64,000 nucleotides of DNA from the human T2T-CHM13v2.0 reference genome, Homo sapiens: the NCBI RefSeq assembly GCF_009914755.1, contig NC_060925.1. The stretch is one strand, 5' to 3'. Under the pieces are notes generated by a model. That model worked only from the letters and a program-made list of their open reading frames with translations. It did no database searches and was not told the DNA's origin. Below, in pieces: positions 62,720 to 64,000 of this stretch (position 1 is the first letter of the stretch; every line of letters begins with the position of its first letter). A program made the position numbers and the translations under genes.

Positions 62720-64000
62720 CAATAAGGCAGCATCATGAAATTTAAAAAAAAAAAAAAAATTGCAGCATCTCCAAGACTCCCCCGCTTATTGTCTCAGCAC
62801 CAGGCACTATGATGACAATTTACACACTAATCATCATTTGATCCTCATAACACCTCTATGATGTAGGAATTATTAGCCCAGACTCTTGTGAAGGCCACAA
62901 AGGCTCACAGACATTATGTTAACTTATCCAAGATCACTAGAAGTGATAGAGCCACTGATTTTGAACCCAGGCCTCTCCAATTTCAAAGCCTACACTCTTT
63001 CTAGTGGGAAGAACACACTGCAGAGGTATACGGTTTCTGTCCAAACCCTGGACTTAGGGAGAGCTTCCTACAGTTTTTTCCCATCAGCCTGGCATTTCAT
63101 TACCTAGAAGAGCTTTCCTTTTCCCAAACTCTGAGATTGTACTCAGGGATTTATGAAATTCAGAGACATAGTAATAGTTAAAAGAGGCACCTCTGAAGAA
63201 TCCCAAACCTAATACTTCTCCATTTTACTTCCACCTTTAAAGCAAGTCCTCTGTATAAGTAAATGCTTCCCTAAATAGCAACTGTCCGTTCAGATTTCCA
63301 AACCTGTCTTAAAACATATCGCGCATGAGTTCACAACTATCTCTCACATGCAGCATAAAGTCTCTCGCTACCGTCCTGCTCACATTCTAATCATTCCCAA
63401 ATAAGTCAATTCATTCCTTTATTCGACACTTATAACCACTTACTCTGTGTCAGGCACGATGCTGGCTTACCCTGTCTGCGTTTCTCAAGACACTTTAAGC
63501 TCCAAAAGGCTAAGAACCGTGTCTGTCTGGCCCAATTATGCCCTATCCATCCAGGCACCTCTCCTACCCTGCCTGGCAGAGTGCCCAAAAAAGGTCTGCT
63601 GAACGAATGAATGACAGCCCAAACTCCCTAGTGTAAAATCACAACATCCTCCACCCACTCTCCCCCAAAAGGTGGCAGGAGCATAACAGATGCCTTTGCT
63701 GATTACAAAAACCTAAAGACTCCATCATAGTCGTCCCCAGGCAGGGTATCACAATGAAAGAGGCAAAAGTGTCTGAAAAACACTGTGACGCATATTTCCA
63801 GCCCGGCATGGAGGATGTCTGCCAAAAGCATCCGGTAAAGGTCAACTGGGCTGCTGGGAAACCTGCCCCAGTGCGAGGGCCCGGAGGCCCAACGAGGCCA
63901 GAAGCCGTAGTCCCAAATTCAAGAACTACTAACAAGGACACAGGAGGCCTGAGAAGGCGGAAGAATTAGCCCTGACAGTCACTAGAGCGCAGTCCAGGAA

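Overview
Primate (very probably human) genomic DNA, mostly intergenic and rich in repeats. One real coding exon is recognisable: SMIM12 (92 aa, minus strand, 60328-60606), with its splice acceptor, upstream intron and 3'UTR; its first exon and promoter probably lie just beyond the right edge. The first ~375 bp look like the end of a plus-strand 3'UTR with AATAAA at 353-358, most likely GJA4/connexin 37 (recalled as the SMIM12 neighbour on chr1p34.3). Between them are about 30 Alus, a two-LTR MST-type MaLR element, several MLT1 solo LTRs, a ~10 kb nested old L1 block, MER1B/MER3/MADE1 DNA transposons, MIR/L2/CR1 remnants and long simple repeats. Almost all other ORFs in the track are repeat-derived or chance. 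The most unusual signals are: (1) repeated locally templated insertion scars inside old repeats, including 140 bp and 84 bp copies from 1.2-1.5 kb upstream and several fold-back insertions; (2) three ORFs in the SMIM12 exon: an out-of-frame ATG at -5, the CDS, and a 193-codon open frame continuing in frame after the stop; (3) a SOX/ETS motif cluster with a palindromic ETS hairpin near 47.6-47.9 kb, a candidate endothelial enhancer. I found no clearly new gene system. Repeat subfamilies are called by eye and boundaries are approximate.
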